Shown here: positions 62,878 through 64,000 of the stretch, one piece after another | Numbering within the stretch: the first letter of the stretch is position 1 | How the letters are laid out: each line of letters begins with the position of its first letter | Source: Chrysomallon squamiferum | Taxonomy: Eukaryota; Animalia; Mollusca | DNA length: 64,000 bases | Assembly: GCA_012295275.1 (NCBI GenBank) | Contig: CM022666.1 | Coordinates: 14,446,001-14,510,000, forward strand | Direction: 5' to 3' | The notes under the pieces: model-generated | Told to the model about the DNA's origin: nothing | What the model saw: only the letters and a program-made list of their open reading frames with translations | Databases searched by the model: none | Translations under genes and position numbers: made by a program

Positions 62878-63899
62878 TAAAAAAAAAAATTCCTGTTTTA
62901 AATAAAAAAATAAAAAAATAATAATAATAAAAGTAAATAAACCCAATGTATATATGATTATTAAAATTAAAGCCATGTAGGCTAGAATTGGAGTTATTTC
63001 CCTTGGACCACATTCAGAAAACGGTTTTAACAGGTAAACATGTATTTGTGTACTCAGAGACACACAGAAGAGTATATATTGTGAGCAGGGCCTCCAAGAG
63101 AAATTTTTCAACGCGGTACAAGACCCTTTCTCAGGCACCGAGACAGGCAAAGATTTTTCTCAAAACTGAGGATTTGATGTCCAGTAAATCTACTTGTAAA
63201 CTCTCATTAATGCTTTAGTTTCATGATCTGATATAACATAATGTATCAAACATATTCAGTTAATGAAGAAACATAAATCAGTATTTACAGTTACATTCAC
63301 CAGTCTCCTTTTAGTTTTTTTCACAGTGAAAAGTGTATGAAAATGCAACATGATAAAAGAAAAGTGTGAATTTATTTTATTTTATTTTACTTTATTTTAT
63401 TTATTTACTTTCAAAATTAAGTCTATTTTAATCAGTTTTATTTAGTAGTGGTAGTAGTAGTAGGAGTAGTAGTAGTAGTAGTAGTAGAAGTAGCAGAAGT
63501 AGTCACAGTAGTAATAAATAAAAAGCGAACAAATTAAAATTCAATAAAATTAAGACAAATAAAAGTACGCAAAGAAAAAGTAGATAAAAAGAAAAAAATG
63601 GAAAAAGGAATAAAAAAACAAATAATAAATAACTATTAAAATAAAATAAAAATAAAAGAAAGGAAAAAGAATGAAATGCAAAGGAAAACAACAACAACAA
63701 ATAAATCAATCAATAAATTAATAATAATAAATAAATAAATAAAATATCAAACTAAAGAATACTGAATATATGACATCAAACAAGGAAATAGGCAAACAGA
63801 AGTACTGGCAGATAGATAAATAAATAAACATTTTGTAGAAACATTTATAATTTAACTGTAATTAAATCAGCTTTGAACTAGCTCTCTCTTTTTCTCTCT

Positions 63900-63944
<45 letters not shown>

Positions 63945-64000
63945 AAATGAAAAGAGAAGATTGAAGAAAAAAAAGAAACAAATGTAAAGAAAAACAAAAT

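Overview
AT-rich, microsatellite-dense animal genomic DNA (spliceosomal introns; the repeat content suggests an invertebrate, probably a mollusc). It is split into three contigs by two 200-N scaffold gaps (23234-23433, 58927-59126). Most of the window is a mosaic of direct and inverted segmental duplications around a TRIM gene cluster. There is one near-complete minus-strand TRIM gene: a non-coding exon (~28654-28870), a RING/B-box1/B-box2/coiled-coil (RBCC) exon (26349-27502), a small linker exon (24916-24994) and a B30.2/PRY-SPRY-like terminal exon (23944-24590). Two further intact SPRY exons (17747-18388 +, 55785-56428 -) have no RBCC exon attached. The three SPRY copies differ mainly in short loop segments and share variants in a patchwork. 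The duplicated units also carry broken ANKRD42-like exons, two MBLAC1-like 5' exons, a truncated Tc1 transposon, L1/Tx1 LINE fragments, SINE/hAT remnants and several minisatellites. The main hypothesis, which is inference, is one RBCC 'expression site' plus orphan, variable SPRY cassettes exchanged by conversion or inversion. All alignments were made by eye, so boundaries are approximate.
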